From: Savitreella phatthalungensis
Lineage: Eukaryota
Direction of reading: 5' to 3'
DNA: 64,000 nt
Assembly (NCBI GenBank): GCA_051599415.1
Contig: AP039712.1
Coordinates: 1-64,000 of the forward strand
Shown: positions 23,233 through 34,213 of the stretch, one piece after another
Numbering within the stretch: the first letter of the stretch is position 1
How the letters are laid out: each line of letters begins with the position of its first letter
Notes under the pieces: model-generated
Databases searched by the model: none
Told to the model about the DNA's origin: nothing
What the model saw: only the letters and a program-made list of their open reading frames with translations
Position numbers and translations under genes: made by a program

Positions 23233-23730
23233 CCGACAGCATTAGAAACCAATGTATTTGCAATGCACCGCTAATCGAGCTAGTCCCCTGCAGACTGCAA
23301 GCCCGACTGAAAGTGCCGGTCTGTATTATGCACTTCCATGGAAAACTTGTCAGCTATCGAATGTGTTGCTGATCTTTTCAAGAACCGTTGATGAGCGTCC
23401 TTGCCTCTGGGAAGACTTTCATTCTTCTTGTGTCCATGAAAAATATGCGAGAGCGCGAGATGCGGCTTCTCGTTGCTGGCATTCAGCGCGCTGACGACGT
23501 TGCAAGCGCGTTGCAGTCTGTACTTTTGCCCAGTTGTGCCATCCGCCTGTAGGTTGACGGTAGAGATCCTCTGCCTGATGTTGCCGCCGTCCGGGCGAGA
23601 CCCAGCCGTCAGAAGATCATGAAGCTGCCGACGGTCAAAATAAAACGCGGGGACCCCAAAACCAATCGCAGATCTTTAGAAAATGCCCTAACAAGAGACA
23701 CGTAGACTGCACTTCGCAACAACATTCGAC

Positions 23731-24156
23731 ATGTCCACAAACGCTGCAACCATATTTCCAATCGTCGCGAAGACGCTCCGCGATGAGCCACGCGTGGTCA
23801 AAAAGCTGCGGGGTCATTTCCAGTTCATTGTCACTCGACCGGGTTCTGGGACCGATGATGAGATCTGGTATCTATGCGTCGATGGCCAGAACCGACCGCC
23901 TCATCTTTCTCAGGATCCCGTCAAGAACACAAAAGGAGTGCCTCTTGTCGTCATACACATCACCGACAAAGACTTATTGGCCTGGGTAGCAGGCAAGGTC
24001 AGTACGATGCGCGGTATAGTCGGTGGGCGCATCAAGACTATCGGAGATGTAAACTTGGCATTCGAGATCGAGGATGTCTTCCGCGAGGCAGGTGGCATTA
24101 GGAAGACACGTGAGTACCTGAACACACGACGCGAGAAGAAGACCACCAAGTTGTAG
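23731..24156 (+). CDS. SCP2 (sterol carrier/lipid transfer) domain protein
   Basis: VKKLRGHFQF.V....W.L.VD, ..I.ITDKDLL..VAGK......IVGGRIK..GDVNLA. Confidence 0.75.
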   Translation: MSTNAATIFPIVAKTLRDEPRVVKKLRGHFQFIVTRPGSGTDDEIWYLCVDGQNRPPHLSQDPVKNTKGVPLVVIHITDKDLLAWVAGKVSTMRGIVGGRIKTIGDVNLAFEIEDVFREAGGIRKTREYLNTRREKKTTKL

Positions 24157-24416
24157 CACAGCGGTCATTGGATTCTCTGATTGTGCTCAGCCAAACTATC
24201 GAAACTACTCTAAATCAGCATGTGCCTCGTACAATGCAGAAATTAACGTATCTGTGTTTATACATGATATAAATGTATGTGAATTCATCAGACCTTAATT
24301 ATCCATCGTATTTCGACTGTTTAGATCAACGTCTCGTACGCGTTCCATGACGTAGCAGGATCTACCTCGATGGCAGTATAGAAGACTATGGGCCCGCTTG
24401 GGACTGCACTCAGGCT

Positions 24417-25910
24417 ATGGTCGCATCAGACTCTGAGCAGGCCCGCAGTGCATGTGCTCTGCAATTGCACGAAGAGGCACGCCTCGAATCGACAGACCCG
24501 CCGTCAAGCACGGAGGATGACAAGTTTCTGGTCGATTGGGAACAGGACGACCCAGAATGCCCGTTCAATTGGTCGACACGCAAAAAATGGGTCATCCTGG
24601 GATTCTATTGCCTGATCGAGATTTTGGCATCAGCCCTGTCATCTGTCTACTCATCTGGTATCAAAGGTATCGAAACAGAGTATTCGATCTCTCAGCAAGT
24701 CGCGCTGCTCGGTCAGAGTCTATTCGTAGTAGGTCTGGCTGTGGCTCCGCTCCTGCTTGGACCGTTGAGTGAATACGTTGGACGTCATCCTGTGTATTCA
24801 GCCAGTCTCTTCCTAATGGCAGTATTTCAGATTCCAGCAGCCTACCAGCACAATGCATGGACGCTTATCATTGTGCGCTTTATCGCCGGTTGCGCTGCGT
24901 CTGTACCTCTCACGAACACCGGAGGAACTGTCGCTGATTTGTTCCCGCGCGACCAGGCGGGCCGCGCCGTTGCACTCTTCGCATTTGCCGGCGTTGCAGG
25001 CCCACCCTTCGGGCCACTTATGGCAGGATACATATATGTGCAGAAGGGCTGGCGATGGATCTTCTGGGTGTTCCTGATCATTTTGGGAGCTCTTACTTTG
25101 GTACAGATCCTGTTCCTCCCCGAGACTAAGCAAAGCGTCCTCCTCGAACGTCGAGCCAAATGCCTGCGTAAAAAATACCGGTCAGACAATTTCCACACGG
25201 ATCAAGACAAGGATACTATCGTTCGCGCGATACCGCATCTCGTCGGAGGTGCTTCAGGGATGCTGGTGACAGAGCCGATCGTTCTTGCGCTTGCATTGTA
25301 CAATGGGTATCTCTACGGATTGCTGTATATTTTCTTCGAGGCATATCCGCTCGTTTTCGAGAAGAATCATGGTTGGAATACCGGCGAGGTTGGTCTGGCT
25401 TTCCTGGGAATCGTTGCGGGAGCCTTTGTGGCTTTGCTGGCTCATGCATTCTTCGAACGTCGATATCAACGCAAGCTTGAAACCGACCGAGGAGCACAGC
25501 CAGAAGATCGTCTCGAGGGCGCACTCGTCGGGTCTGTCACGATACCAATTGGGCTATTTTGGTTCGCTTGGACTGTCAAACAGGAGGTCAATCCGCTTTC
25601 ACCCGTCCTTGCGGGTATACCATTCGGGTTTGGTGTATTCTACGTCTATTATGGTGTGGTCAATTTTGTCACGGATGGTTATGGCGCATCCGCCGCATCG
25701 GCTCTTGCAGCCATATCCTTCGTGCGGTCTTCTATTGGTGCAGGCTTAACCCACGTCGCGGATCCAACCTATATGACTCTTGGCTATACATGGGCAACTG
25801 CGATGCTTGGTTTTATATCCCTTCCAATGATCTTGATTCCCTGGGCGATTTGGAACTACGGCCCTGCACTGCGCAAGCGGTCCAGACATGCTCCCGATCC
25901 AAAGAAGTGA
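24417..25910 (+). CDS. MFS drug:H+ antiporter (DHA1 family, polyamine/multidrug)
   Basis: VDWEQDDPECPFNWSTRKKW, GPLSEYVGRHPVY, GWRWIFW, LPET, PEDRL; about 12 TM segments. Confidence 0.93.
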   Translation: MVASDSEQARSACALQLHEEARLESTDPPSSTEDDKFLVDWEQDDPECPFNWSTRKKWVILGFYCLIEILASALSSVYSSGIKGIETEYSISQQVALLGQSLFVVGLAVAPLLLGPLSEYVGRHPVYSASLFLMAVFQIPAAYQHNAWTLIIVRFIAGCAASVPLTNTGGTVADLFPRDQAGRAVALFAFAGVAGPPFGPLMAGYIYVQKGWRWIFWVFLIILGALTLVQILFLPETKQSVLLERRAKCLRKKYRSDNFHTDQDKDTIVRAIPHLVGGASGMLVTEPIVLALALYNGYLYGLLYIFFEAYPLVFEKNHGWNTGEVGLAFLGIVAGAFVALLAHAFFERRYQRKLETDRGAQPEDRLEGALVGSVTIPIGLFWFAWTVKQEVNPLSPVLAGIPFGFGVFYVYYGVVNFVTDGYGASAASALAAISFVRSSIGAGLTHVADPTYMTLGYTWATAMLGFISLPMILIPWAIWNYGPALRKRSRHAPDPKK

Positions 25911-25941
25911 TAATTCTAAAATTGTAAAGAATAATGAACGA

Positions 25942-27609
25942 CTACCAATCCTCGTCTGATTCATCGTCGCTTCGTGCTGCGACCTTCTTGTTTCGAGAGC
26001 TGAGCATGGCAGCGAGCTGTCCTGCCATGTCATTCGGGGCTGGCGGAACAGATCCAGCAGGTGCGCCTGTAGTGCTACCTGGCAGGACGGGAGCCGATTT
26101 GTCCACGGTCGTAGTCTTTCGCAATCCTTTGCCGCCGCTCGACCGAATAGATGCGAGTAGGTTGTCACGGCCTGTCTGGGATACAGGAGCAGCACTGAGG
26201 GTGGACATCATTGATGACGTCGTGTCTGCCGATGGTGGCGGGGGCGGGGGCGGCGGAGGACCAGCCGAAGAAGTGGGTTGAAGCGGCGGAGCCGGAGGCA
26301 CATTGGTCCTGGCAGGAGGGCGTGGTGGTTGATCTTGACCAGTGCGAGGCGGTGGAGGGGGCACCACGCTTCTGCCAGGGGCGGCGGGCACTTCTCGAGC
26401 CGACGACATCAGTCTAGCCGAAAGTGGCGGGACAAGGGGTCCGCGTCCTGGAGGGGCAGGTGGCGCTGCCCGTGCGCCGTCGAAGGGAGGTGGGTCATTG
26501 AACTTGCGCGGCGCATCCTCGTCAGGCACTTTCGCCGGGATCGACGGAGCGTACGAGGGCGGGCCCTCGGATGTCTCACGCTTGCCACGCGAAGGTGGGG
26601 GCGGCGGGCCAGCCCGTCTCGCAGCGCGGCTCGCCGGTGGGGGCGGTGGTACAATCCTAGCGCTCGCCGCGTCGCCTGAGGACGCGACCACAGCTGGATT
26701 TAATGTAGGACTTGCGGCAGGCCTCGAAGAGTCTGCGTCCAGGAGGATTGGCTTGGCGTTTGCAAGTGGCGGCGGTACGGCTCGTCTGCCGCTGGGAGCA
26801 GAGGGCACGCGACCTGGATTAGCAGATATATCCGAGGTATCTACAACGGCGGAAGACATTATGGCAGATGTATTGTGTGATGCTGGGAGACTCGGTGGAG
26901 GGGGGGCTCGAGCTCTTGGCGCAGTGGTCGCCGGGGCATGCGCAACATCCGGGACGGGTTCTTGCTGTTGCTGCTGCATGAAAGATTGAATCATCTCTTC
27001 ATTGCCTTCGATTTGATCCTTCGAGATGCCCATACGTGCTAGTGCTTCAACGAGGCGAGCCCATTCAGCTCCATCCCGATCCATGGGTGCAGGTCCAGTA
27101 CCTGGACGGACGCCGACCGACATCTGTGTCGCTTGCACAGAATCTTGGCGGTGTTCCAACTTGTCTACCTTGGAGCTTCCGCCGCCGAACAGTCCTTTGA
27201 CGCGTGAGCCGATACCCTTGCCGCCGACCTTTTTTGCACGCGATTCCACTTTCGACAAGAAGTTTGAAGCTTCGCGCTCATCAGAGAAGCTGAACGCTGC
27301 GAGGCAGTCGGTTATCTCGAAGGAATGAAAATACGTTCGATCCTGATGATAGTGAAATCCTTCATAAAGCTCCTGATCCCAGAGAATTCCTTGTCCACCG
27401 ACCACGTCCACGAGCTTAAAGAAGAAACACTTGCCGACCTCATCGTAAGCCAAAACTGCGGCGCCTGCCAGACCTGTGTAAGTCCAAGAGCCGCTATTCG
27501 GGAGAGATATGTACAGTCTGGCGATACCGGCTGTGATAATTTTATTGCTGCTTTGCGGCACGAATCTCTTGATGGTCGCCTTGTTATCCGGCGTGATCAG
27601 AGCTGGCAT
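25942..27609 (-). CDS. LAS17: WASP homolog (Las17/Wsp1): WH1, polyproline, WH2 and acidic tail
   Basis: WH1 (ARLY..W.YTGL.GA..LWDQELY..F.YHQDRTYFHSF), polyproline runs, GRDNLLASIRSSGG..LRK, C-terminal DDESDEDW. Confidence 0.93.
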   Translation of the reverse strand: MPALITPDNKATIKRFVPQSSNKIITAGIARLYISLPNSGSWTYTGLAGAAVLAYDEVGKCFFFKLVDVVGGQGILWDQELYEGFHYHQDRTYFHSFEITDCLAAFSFSDEREASNFLSKVESRAKKVGGKGIGSRVKGLFGGGSSKVDKLEHRQDSVQATQMSVGVRPGTGPAPMDRDGAEWARLVEALARMGISKDQIEGNEEMIQSFMQQQQQEPVPDVAHAPATTAPRARAPPPPSLPASHNTSAIMSSAVVDTSDISANPGRVPSAPSGRRAVPPPLANAKPILLDADSSRPAASPTLNPAVVASSGDAASARIVPPPPPASRAARRAGPPPPPSRGKRETSEGPPSYAPSIPAKVPDEDAPRKFNDPPPFDGARAAPPAPPGRGPLVPPLSARLMSSAREVPAAPGRSVVPPPPPRTGQDQPPRPPARTNVPPAPPLQPTSSAGPPPPPPPPPSADTTSSMMSTLSAAPVSQTGRDNLLASIRSSGGKGLRKTTTVDKSAPVLPGSTTGAPAGSVPPAPNDMAGQLAAMLSSRNKKVAARSDDESDEDW

Positions 27610-29024
27610 GACGATTGCACGTCGTGGAACGAAGCTCCGTCGACTTACTAGATGAAGCCGGTCCTAGAACGGGCGGATGTGTGGTATCGCTTTGCGTGTG
27701 CTAATCAAATAAGTCGTCATATACTGTATCCACAAAATGTGTCCATGTCTCTCAGATATGGTTCAAGCAGAGCTCGGTTTCACTCTACATTGATCTATAG
27801 CTGCGACAGAATTGATCGTTTTGCGATTGATATCATGGCAGCTGGTGGCATCCAATTTTCGTCAAACACGTGTAAGCATCACTCTGCATCTTTGGGATCC
27901 TGATGCAGAGCACCGCCAGTGCGACTGCCCTGTCGCCGTGGATGCCGCGCAGAACAGCAGGAGACCGTGCAGTTTCGATCAACGCCGATGTGAATTTATG
28001 CAAGGCTTATCGGAATGAGGGAGTTCTCAATGTGGATTTGCCGAAAATTATTTCGAAGACTCGGTCTTCCAAGACAGCATAGAATTGCACGCATCCTGCT
28101 CTCCACATTAAAGGGTCTGTAAGTGCCATCATCGCTCCTTCGGAGCGATGATATGATAATGCCTGTAGGGCAGAGTCGCCAATTCAATAAGGCTATCTTA
28201 AAGATATATGGCAAATAGAAGGCCAAATGCATCCCATTGTCTGTCCTCATCACGACGCGCTGTCCTTGGAACAGGTCTCTTTCAAGGGGAACTCGAGATT
28301 GATGACCCTCCGCGAATCGCACAGCTGCCCGGACGACAGCGATGTAACATCGAGGAGCTGCGCGATCGCCGTAAGCTGCTCCTCTCGGATGGTCCCCCCA
28401 GCAGACGTTATCTCAAAATTTCTTGTTTCGATACACTAAGGAAATACCGTCCGCCAAAAAATGTTTGATACGCTCACTAAGGAGGCTTGAGCAGCTCGCG
28501 ATGACAACTTTCACTCATCTGTATTGGCGGACGCACATGCAGACGTCGGGTTGCTGCTTTTGCAGCGTCGAATCGTACGTGACAAATGCCATACTCCAAT
28601 GCTCGTCGGAGAAACAGCTCGGCCGGGCGATCTCGCAAGAGACCGAATTTTGGCGTGAGGCATGTGGCCTTGTTCTGCAATGGCTGCAAGCCTTTCAGGT
28701 CTATCAATGGCAATGCGCAGCACTTGAGCACGCGACACGGCTCTTGCGGAGGCTTCCTCCCAGGTACCACGGCACGTGGGTGATTGTGACAGCTCGGTCG
28801 TGGTTCGATTGGCCCACCGTCCGTCCCGAGATAAGTAAAGCTCGCTCCGATTGGCTGATTGCCGTCGATCATTCAATGTGATCTCGCGTCAAAAAGCTTA
28901 ATTCCGATTTTTGTGGAGGCGGGACTGTAGATCGTTTCGGGTGCCTGGTCTGTCAGGGTGGGATCTAAAATTCTGATCGGAATATGCCATGGAAGACGTC
29001 CTCCGCTAATCTTGCACTGTGCTT

Positions 29025-29066
29025 TGGGAGCATGAACACAGAGTATGGGAGCATGAACACAGAGTA
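29025..29066. repeat. Perfect 21-bp tandem duplication TGGGAGCATGAACACAGAGTA x2 upstream of the subtilisin gene
   Basis: Two identical adjacent copies. Confidence 0.9.
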
Positions 29067-29148
29067 TAAGAAGTCCGGCTGTCGCACCCAAGACATACTA
29101 TTCTTCCAACCCTCCTTCCAGCCCATACTAGCCCTAAACAAATAATCG

Positions 29149-30345
29149 ATGCTTCTCTCGACTATTCTGTCTCTTGCCGGAGGCGCCTTCGCATCGATCA
29201 GCGACGATTCTTTCGAGCGTCGCGATGCCGCGATCAACGCTGCCCAGGGCTACATCGTCTCCCTGCCCGCGCTGGTCAAAATCGACGCCGTGCTGAGCCA
29301 GATTCCAGGACTTAATGCACACGTCACTAAGACATGGGACGTGATCAACGGCTTCCATCTTGCTGAATCGGCATCGCCGCTGATTGCCGCTTTGTCTGCT
29401 CTTCCGGGTGTTCTCGTGGAAAAGGATTCTTTGATGAGCATTCAGGCCGCTGCTACGCAAACGAACGCCCCGTGGAACCTTCAGCGTATCTCGTCTGATT
29501 CTGCCGTAGCGTCTCGCTCGACAACGAAGTCTCAGGAGGGTGCTGCAGCCTACACATTCAAGTATGACACGAGCTACGCTGGCTCAAACGTCCAGGTCTA
29601 TGTCGTTGACACCGGCATCAATTGCGACCACCAGGCTTTCGGAGGCCGTGCCACTTGCGCCACTGATGCTGACTTCACGAACTCTGGATCTTCCTACGAC
29701 GGCAATGGTCACGGCACTCACTGTGCAGGTACAATCGGCTCGAGTCCGTATGGTGTTGCCAAGAACACGAATCTGTTTGCAGTCCGTGTGCTCGGCTCTG
29801 ATGGTTCTGGTTCGACATCTAACATTATCTCCGGTATCCAGTACGTGGTGAACAAGAAGAAAAACAGCGGCAAGCCGACTGTGATGAGTATGTCTCTCGG
29901 CGGTGGTAAATCGACTTCGCTGACCAACGCTGTCAACTCGGCCATCTCGAACGGCGTTCACACAGTCGTTGCTGCTGGCAACTCCTATGCGGATGCATGC
30001 AACAGCTCGCCATCCGATTCAAACGCGATTGTTGTGGGCGCAACAAATATCACCGACACCTTCGCTTACTTCAGCAATTACGGTTCGTGTGTCGACGTCC
30101 TCGCACCTGGCTTCAACATTTTGTCTGCATGGAAGGGTTCGACCACTGCAACGAACATCATTTCTGGCACCTCGATGGCGACGCCTCTCACCGCTGGAGT
30201 TATTGTCGAGCTGCTCTCGCATTCACAATACGCCAACTACTCGCCATCCCAGATTCGTACGCTTCTGCTCAATAACGCTGAGCAGAACGTCATTTCTCAA
30301 GTCCCAGACCAGACGAACAATCTGCTGGTCCAATACGTCTACTGA
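29149..30345 (+). CDS. Secreted subtilisin-like serine protease (S8A, proteinase K family) with signal peptide and I9-like propeptide
   Basis: Catalytic motifs VVDTG, GNGHGTHCAGT, SGTSMATP; AAGN; APWNLQRIS; hydrophobic N-terminus. Confidence 0.95.
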   Translation: MLLSTILSLAGGAFASISDDSFERRDAAINAAQGYIVSLPALVKIDAVLSQIPGLNAHVTKTWDVINGFHLAESASPLIAALSALPGVLVEKDSLMSIQAAATQTNAPWNLQRISSDSAVASRSTTKSQEGAAAYTFKYDTSYAGSNVQVYVVDTGINCDHQAFGGRATCATDADFTNSGSSYDGNGHGTHCAGTIGSSPYGVAKNTNLFAVRVLGSDGSGSTSNIISGIQYVVNKKKNSGKPTVMSMSLGGGKSTSLTNAVNSAISNGVHTVVAAGNSYADACNSSPSDSNAIVVGATNITDTFAYFSNYGSCVDVLAPGFNILSAWKGSTTATNIISGTSMATPLTAGVIVELLSHSQYANYSPSQIRTLLLNNAEQNVISQVPDQTNNLLVQYVY

Positions 30346-30603
30346 GTCGTTTATCGCACAGCTGACACTGAGCAATCAGTCGCGTTGTCAAAGATTGACA
30401 TATTCTTTCCAGTACAAATTTACCGTCCATAGGATTAAATACTGCATGGTGTTTCTGATTGCTCGTAAGCTATACCTTTGACTTGTTAGACTGCAAGAAT
30501 GCATTTTTACGTCATGCAACGTTGAACTCTGTCAAACGACGTCAACCCAAAATTATAAGAGCAACCGACCCACAACTTAGCCGCGGGCACCGCGTATCCG
30601 AAG

Positions 30604-31054
30604 ATGTTCATTGTGAGAAAACAAGTCCTACGTGGCCGTCACTGGGCTGCTGTCAGATTCAATTCGTCTGTGAACGATATTGCAGCTGCACAGCACACGG
30701 GATCTCGAAAGGCTCCCGAGCCAACGACTGAAACTGGGACCTCGACACAACGTCCGACAGACACAGCTAAGACAAATCCGCCGGGTGGTCAAAGGGTCCC
30801 AAATGCGGACCAGCAGAAGCAGCCTGAGACAGAGCGCGGCGCGGAAGGTCCGATGGCAAAGACGCACGATGATCCGAATGCCGAGCTGAAAAGCAACACG
30901 CCGTTTCGTGCTGCGCCGATTGAAAAGAGCGCAGGGTAAGGACCCAGACTCTATTCACACTGAAGACTACATGACTAACGCGCGCTACAGAGCTAGGACA
31001 GTGCCGCCTGACCTTGAAGCTCTTGAAAAAGACCCAAACGCTAAAGCTAAATGA
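30604..31054 (+). CDS. Small hydrophilic protein with a probable mitochondrial presequence, 2 exons (30604-30935, 30991-31054)
   Basis: N-terminus MFIVRKQVLRGRHWAAVRFNSS is Arg-rich, lacks acidic residues and ends in an R-x-x-S-type cleavage motif. Intron GTAAGG..ACTAAC..CAG adds ..GARTVPPDLEALEKDPNAKAK*. Confidence 0.7.
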
Positions 31055-32235
31055 ATCTGTTGAATAGACCGGCATGACCAAGAATCGAAGGTCCGCGTTG
31101 CATTGAGCATGCACTCGATGAATCCGGTCGTCACAGCGGACTGCATCAAGCAGCGAGTAGACAAGATCTCGTCCGAAGATAGTCTTGTAGCTTTTCAGAC
31201 AGGCTGATAACGACTTTGCAAATTGCCCTTCACCTGTGCTATTCTCGAAGTGTTCTATGCATTTAATCATCAAGTGGGTATGTAGCGACTTTGGCTAGGC
31301 ATTCTCGAGAACGAGGCCGACAGCAGGTCTGCAACCAATGAGAAACATATCCGCCGCGTGGTGCTCGAGATTGGATTTTATGTATTGCTGACATCATGAT
31401 TACCGAGTCTATGGTCGATGTATATTTATTGCAGGTCAAACGGGGCTTTGATTCACCGAGATGGTGGTTTGGATGCCAGAGAATCTGAATGGTGTCAAAA
31501 GATCCAGTTGAGATAATTGACCCATCTGACGACAGTGCAGGTCGGAGATAGAGTCCCGCATGGCTTGTCAGATCAGCTGAGCTCCAAGCTCCGGCTGGTG
31601 GAAATAGCTTCGAAGTCGAGATTTCCACTGATTCCCAGTCAGCTTGACCTAAATCCATGACTGGCCGCAGATATGATATAGATCATGCTTACATATCAGC
31701 AGAACTGGTTTTACGCAAGCATTTGGCATGCCTGATTACTTGCTTGCGTGATTTAGCCATGCTTCCTTGGATGAAGAGAGAAATGATGTAAAGACGCGGC
31801 CGTGCGCGCGGAAAAATGACCCTGGCCGATAGCATATTATCTTCCTTCTCTATTCTAGACTTGACTGCAATAAACTTTATCATTCGAGAGGTAACAACTT
31901 GGGACCTCCACCAGTGATTCTGCTCACTCAGCAAAGACGATCGTTGACAGCATCGACGTCAACATCGACGAGCACGCCCCTAGGATATATTTCTTGTAGT
32001 CAGCTTCCCCACAGCTTTCGCGTCTCTCGCCAGATTTAACCAAGCCTCGGCGAGATCAAGAGTCTCGCATAAGTACACAACCTTGCACACCGCAATACAG
32101 CCAACGATTCGAGGATTTCTGCTGTATCTTGCGAAGGGTCTTCTCGACCGTCCTTCAACGCTCTTATTCTGAAGTTCACGATCTCTCTCTGTCGAAAAGT
32201 CCACATTGTCACTCAGGTCGACTGCAAACGGCATC

Positions 32236-32898
32236 ATGTCTGCGCCACCAAGTCCTCCACAAAGTCCCTCGAGCATTGACGAAAATGCTGTGTTGACCAG
32301 CGTTATGTCGACCCTTCGCCTTGAGGCAAGCGCCATCAACCTGCTCGCCAGGCGCATCTCGCTGCAGAAAGAGCTGCAGGCTAACCTCATCGCTGCGATA
32401 TCACTCATCAATTCCGCAAATAAGGTGGTTGTCACAGGTGTCGGAAAGTCCGGCATCATCGCTCGCAAGGCTGTTGCCATGCTGAGATCTTTGGCGATAG
32501 TCAGCGTGTTCCTCGATAGCACAGATGCCCTACACGGGGATCTTGGCCTCGTTCAGGAAGGAGACGTGGTCTTAATGCTTTCTAATTCTGGCAAGACGGC
32601 AGAGCTGCTTCAACTGATTGACCACCTCAATTTGCGAAGCGTAAAATTGGTCGCCTTGTGCTCTTCACCGGATTCGCCTCTGGGCAAGGCTTCTCATGTC
32701 TGGCTCGATACCAGCGTGCCTTGCGAAGCTACACCGAGTTTCCCTGCCCCAACATGCTCGACGACCTTGACGCTTGCCCTGATTGATGCATTATGTGTGG
32801 CTAGCGCCGAACAGCGGCAGATGGACGCAAAGACGTTTAAGTATCACCACCCGGGAGGATCGATTGGCTCAGCTCTCGTGCCACCTGTTGAGCTCTGA
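32236..32898 (+). CDS. SIS-domain sugar-phosphate isomerase, KpsF/GutQ (arabinose-5-phosphate isomerase)-like, without CBS domains
   Basis: VVVTGVGKSGIIARK, ALHGDLGLV, LSNSGKTAEL, APTCSTT, F..HHPGGSIG. Confidence 0.88.
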   Translation: MSAPPSPPQSPSSIDENAVLTSVMSTLRLEASAINLLARRISLQKELQANLIAAISLINSANKVVVTGVGKSGIIARKAVAMLRSLAIVSVFLDSTDALHGDLGLVQEGDVVLMLSNSGKTAELLQLIDHLNLRSVKLVALCSSPDSPLGKASHVWLDTSVPCEATPSFPAPTCSTTLTLALIDALCVASAEQRQMDAKTFKYHHPGGSIGSALVPPVEL

Positions 32899-33254
32899 GC
32901 GTACCAACTACATGGATGTCAGAAGGCGAAATACGAGATTTTTGAGCTGGAGAATTCATGGTGAACGAATGACACAGACACGACCTTTTGCTACCACCAG
33001 CGGAGAGGGATCTGACGACTCCGGTGGCGAGCTTTACTGGTCACAGCAGCGACGATCACCGAAATATGATAATAGTGTGTAAAGCTAGAATGGATGAGGC
33101 CGAGGAATGTCGATGCACAACATGTTCTGAAAACGCGAATGTCCTCGTGTGTGGAAAATTAGCACATTCATTCCGTTGTATACTGCCTGAAAATCCTAGA
33201 CGGATTAACTTCTTCTTGCGGCACGTTCATCATAGGACAATCAACTTCCCTTAG

Positions 33255-34160
33255 ATGCATCTGGCGTCGTCGTTGCGGGCGAGATGGGGCAGATTGACCC
33301 GCCGCGAACAGGTCGCCGTTGCGGGGTTCGCGTCTGCTCTTCTCGGGACGCTTGTCCTCTTGACTTTCATTTTCCACAAGGACCTGCTTGAGTGGGCAAA
33401 GCCGATCGCACAGAAATACACGCAGAAGCCGGGTGGCTTCCTATTGCCTGCTATTTTGCTCGTCATTGTCTCGTTTCCGCCGCTTTTTGGACACGAATTC
33501 ATCTCGATCCTCGTCGGGTTCGTGTACGGTAACGTCGGCTTCCTAATCGTGGCTGTGAGCATCACGGTCGGCGAATCGCTCCTCTTCCTGGGTTTTAGAC
33601 ACGTTTTCCGCGATCGACTCGTTGCCTTCCGGGAAAAGTATGCCAACTATGATATCTTTGTCCGCGTCATTGAACGTGGAGGCTTCCCGATGCTGTTGGC
33701 AGTGCGGATTAGCGCGATCCCGGGACACTTTTCGACACCGCTCTTCGCTTCCATCCTCACTATGCCATTCAAGACGTGGCTGCTGGCGTGCGTGGTCTCG
33801 AGCATTACACTCTATCCACCTGTCTACTTTGGCTGGCTCCTACAACGTGGTCAATCGTCAGAGGCCACTCCCTGGCTTATCGGCTTCGCTCTCGGTATCA
33901 CTGTCGTCGTAGGCGCTTGGATCTACATAGAGTACACGCGCGAACGGCGAGCTTTAGGGCTCGAGCGCATTGATCGGGGCAATGACCTCGACAGGCCTGA
34001 CGAAGAGACTGCCGGGGTAGATGGTGCACCCTATGATCTCGAGAGCGGGCGCCAAATGAAAGCTCGACCGGATGGCCATCACCATGCTGCTAGCGATTCT
34101 CGCGACCGCAATGATGAAGACGACTTCGACATCGACGAACACGATCCACTGGCACGCTGA
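33255..34160 (+). CDS. TVP38: Tvp38/TMEM64 (DedA/VTT, SNARE-associated) Golgi membrane protein
   Basis: IVSFPPLFGHE...LVGFVYG, ..GE...FLGFR, RISAIPGHFSTPLFA. Confidence 0.82.
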   Translation: MHLASSLRARWGRLTRREQVAVAGFASALLGTLVLLTFIFHKDLLEWAKPIAQKYTQKPGGFLLPAILLVIVSFPPLFGHEFISILVGFVYGNVGFLIVAVSITVGESLLFLGFRHVFRDRLVAFREKYANYDIFVRVIERGGFPMLLAVRISAIPGHFSTPLFASILTMPFKTWLLACVVSSITLYPPVYFGWLLQRGQSSEATPWLIGFALGITVVVGAWIYIEYTRERRALGLERIDRGNDLDRPDEETAGVDGAPYDLESGRQMKARPDGHHHAASDSRDRNDEDDFDIDEHDPLAR

Positions 34161-34213
34161 GACCGAATTGCCTACCTCGTACTGCTGCCTGTCGTTAGAG
34201 CTACAGCTGATAC

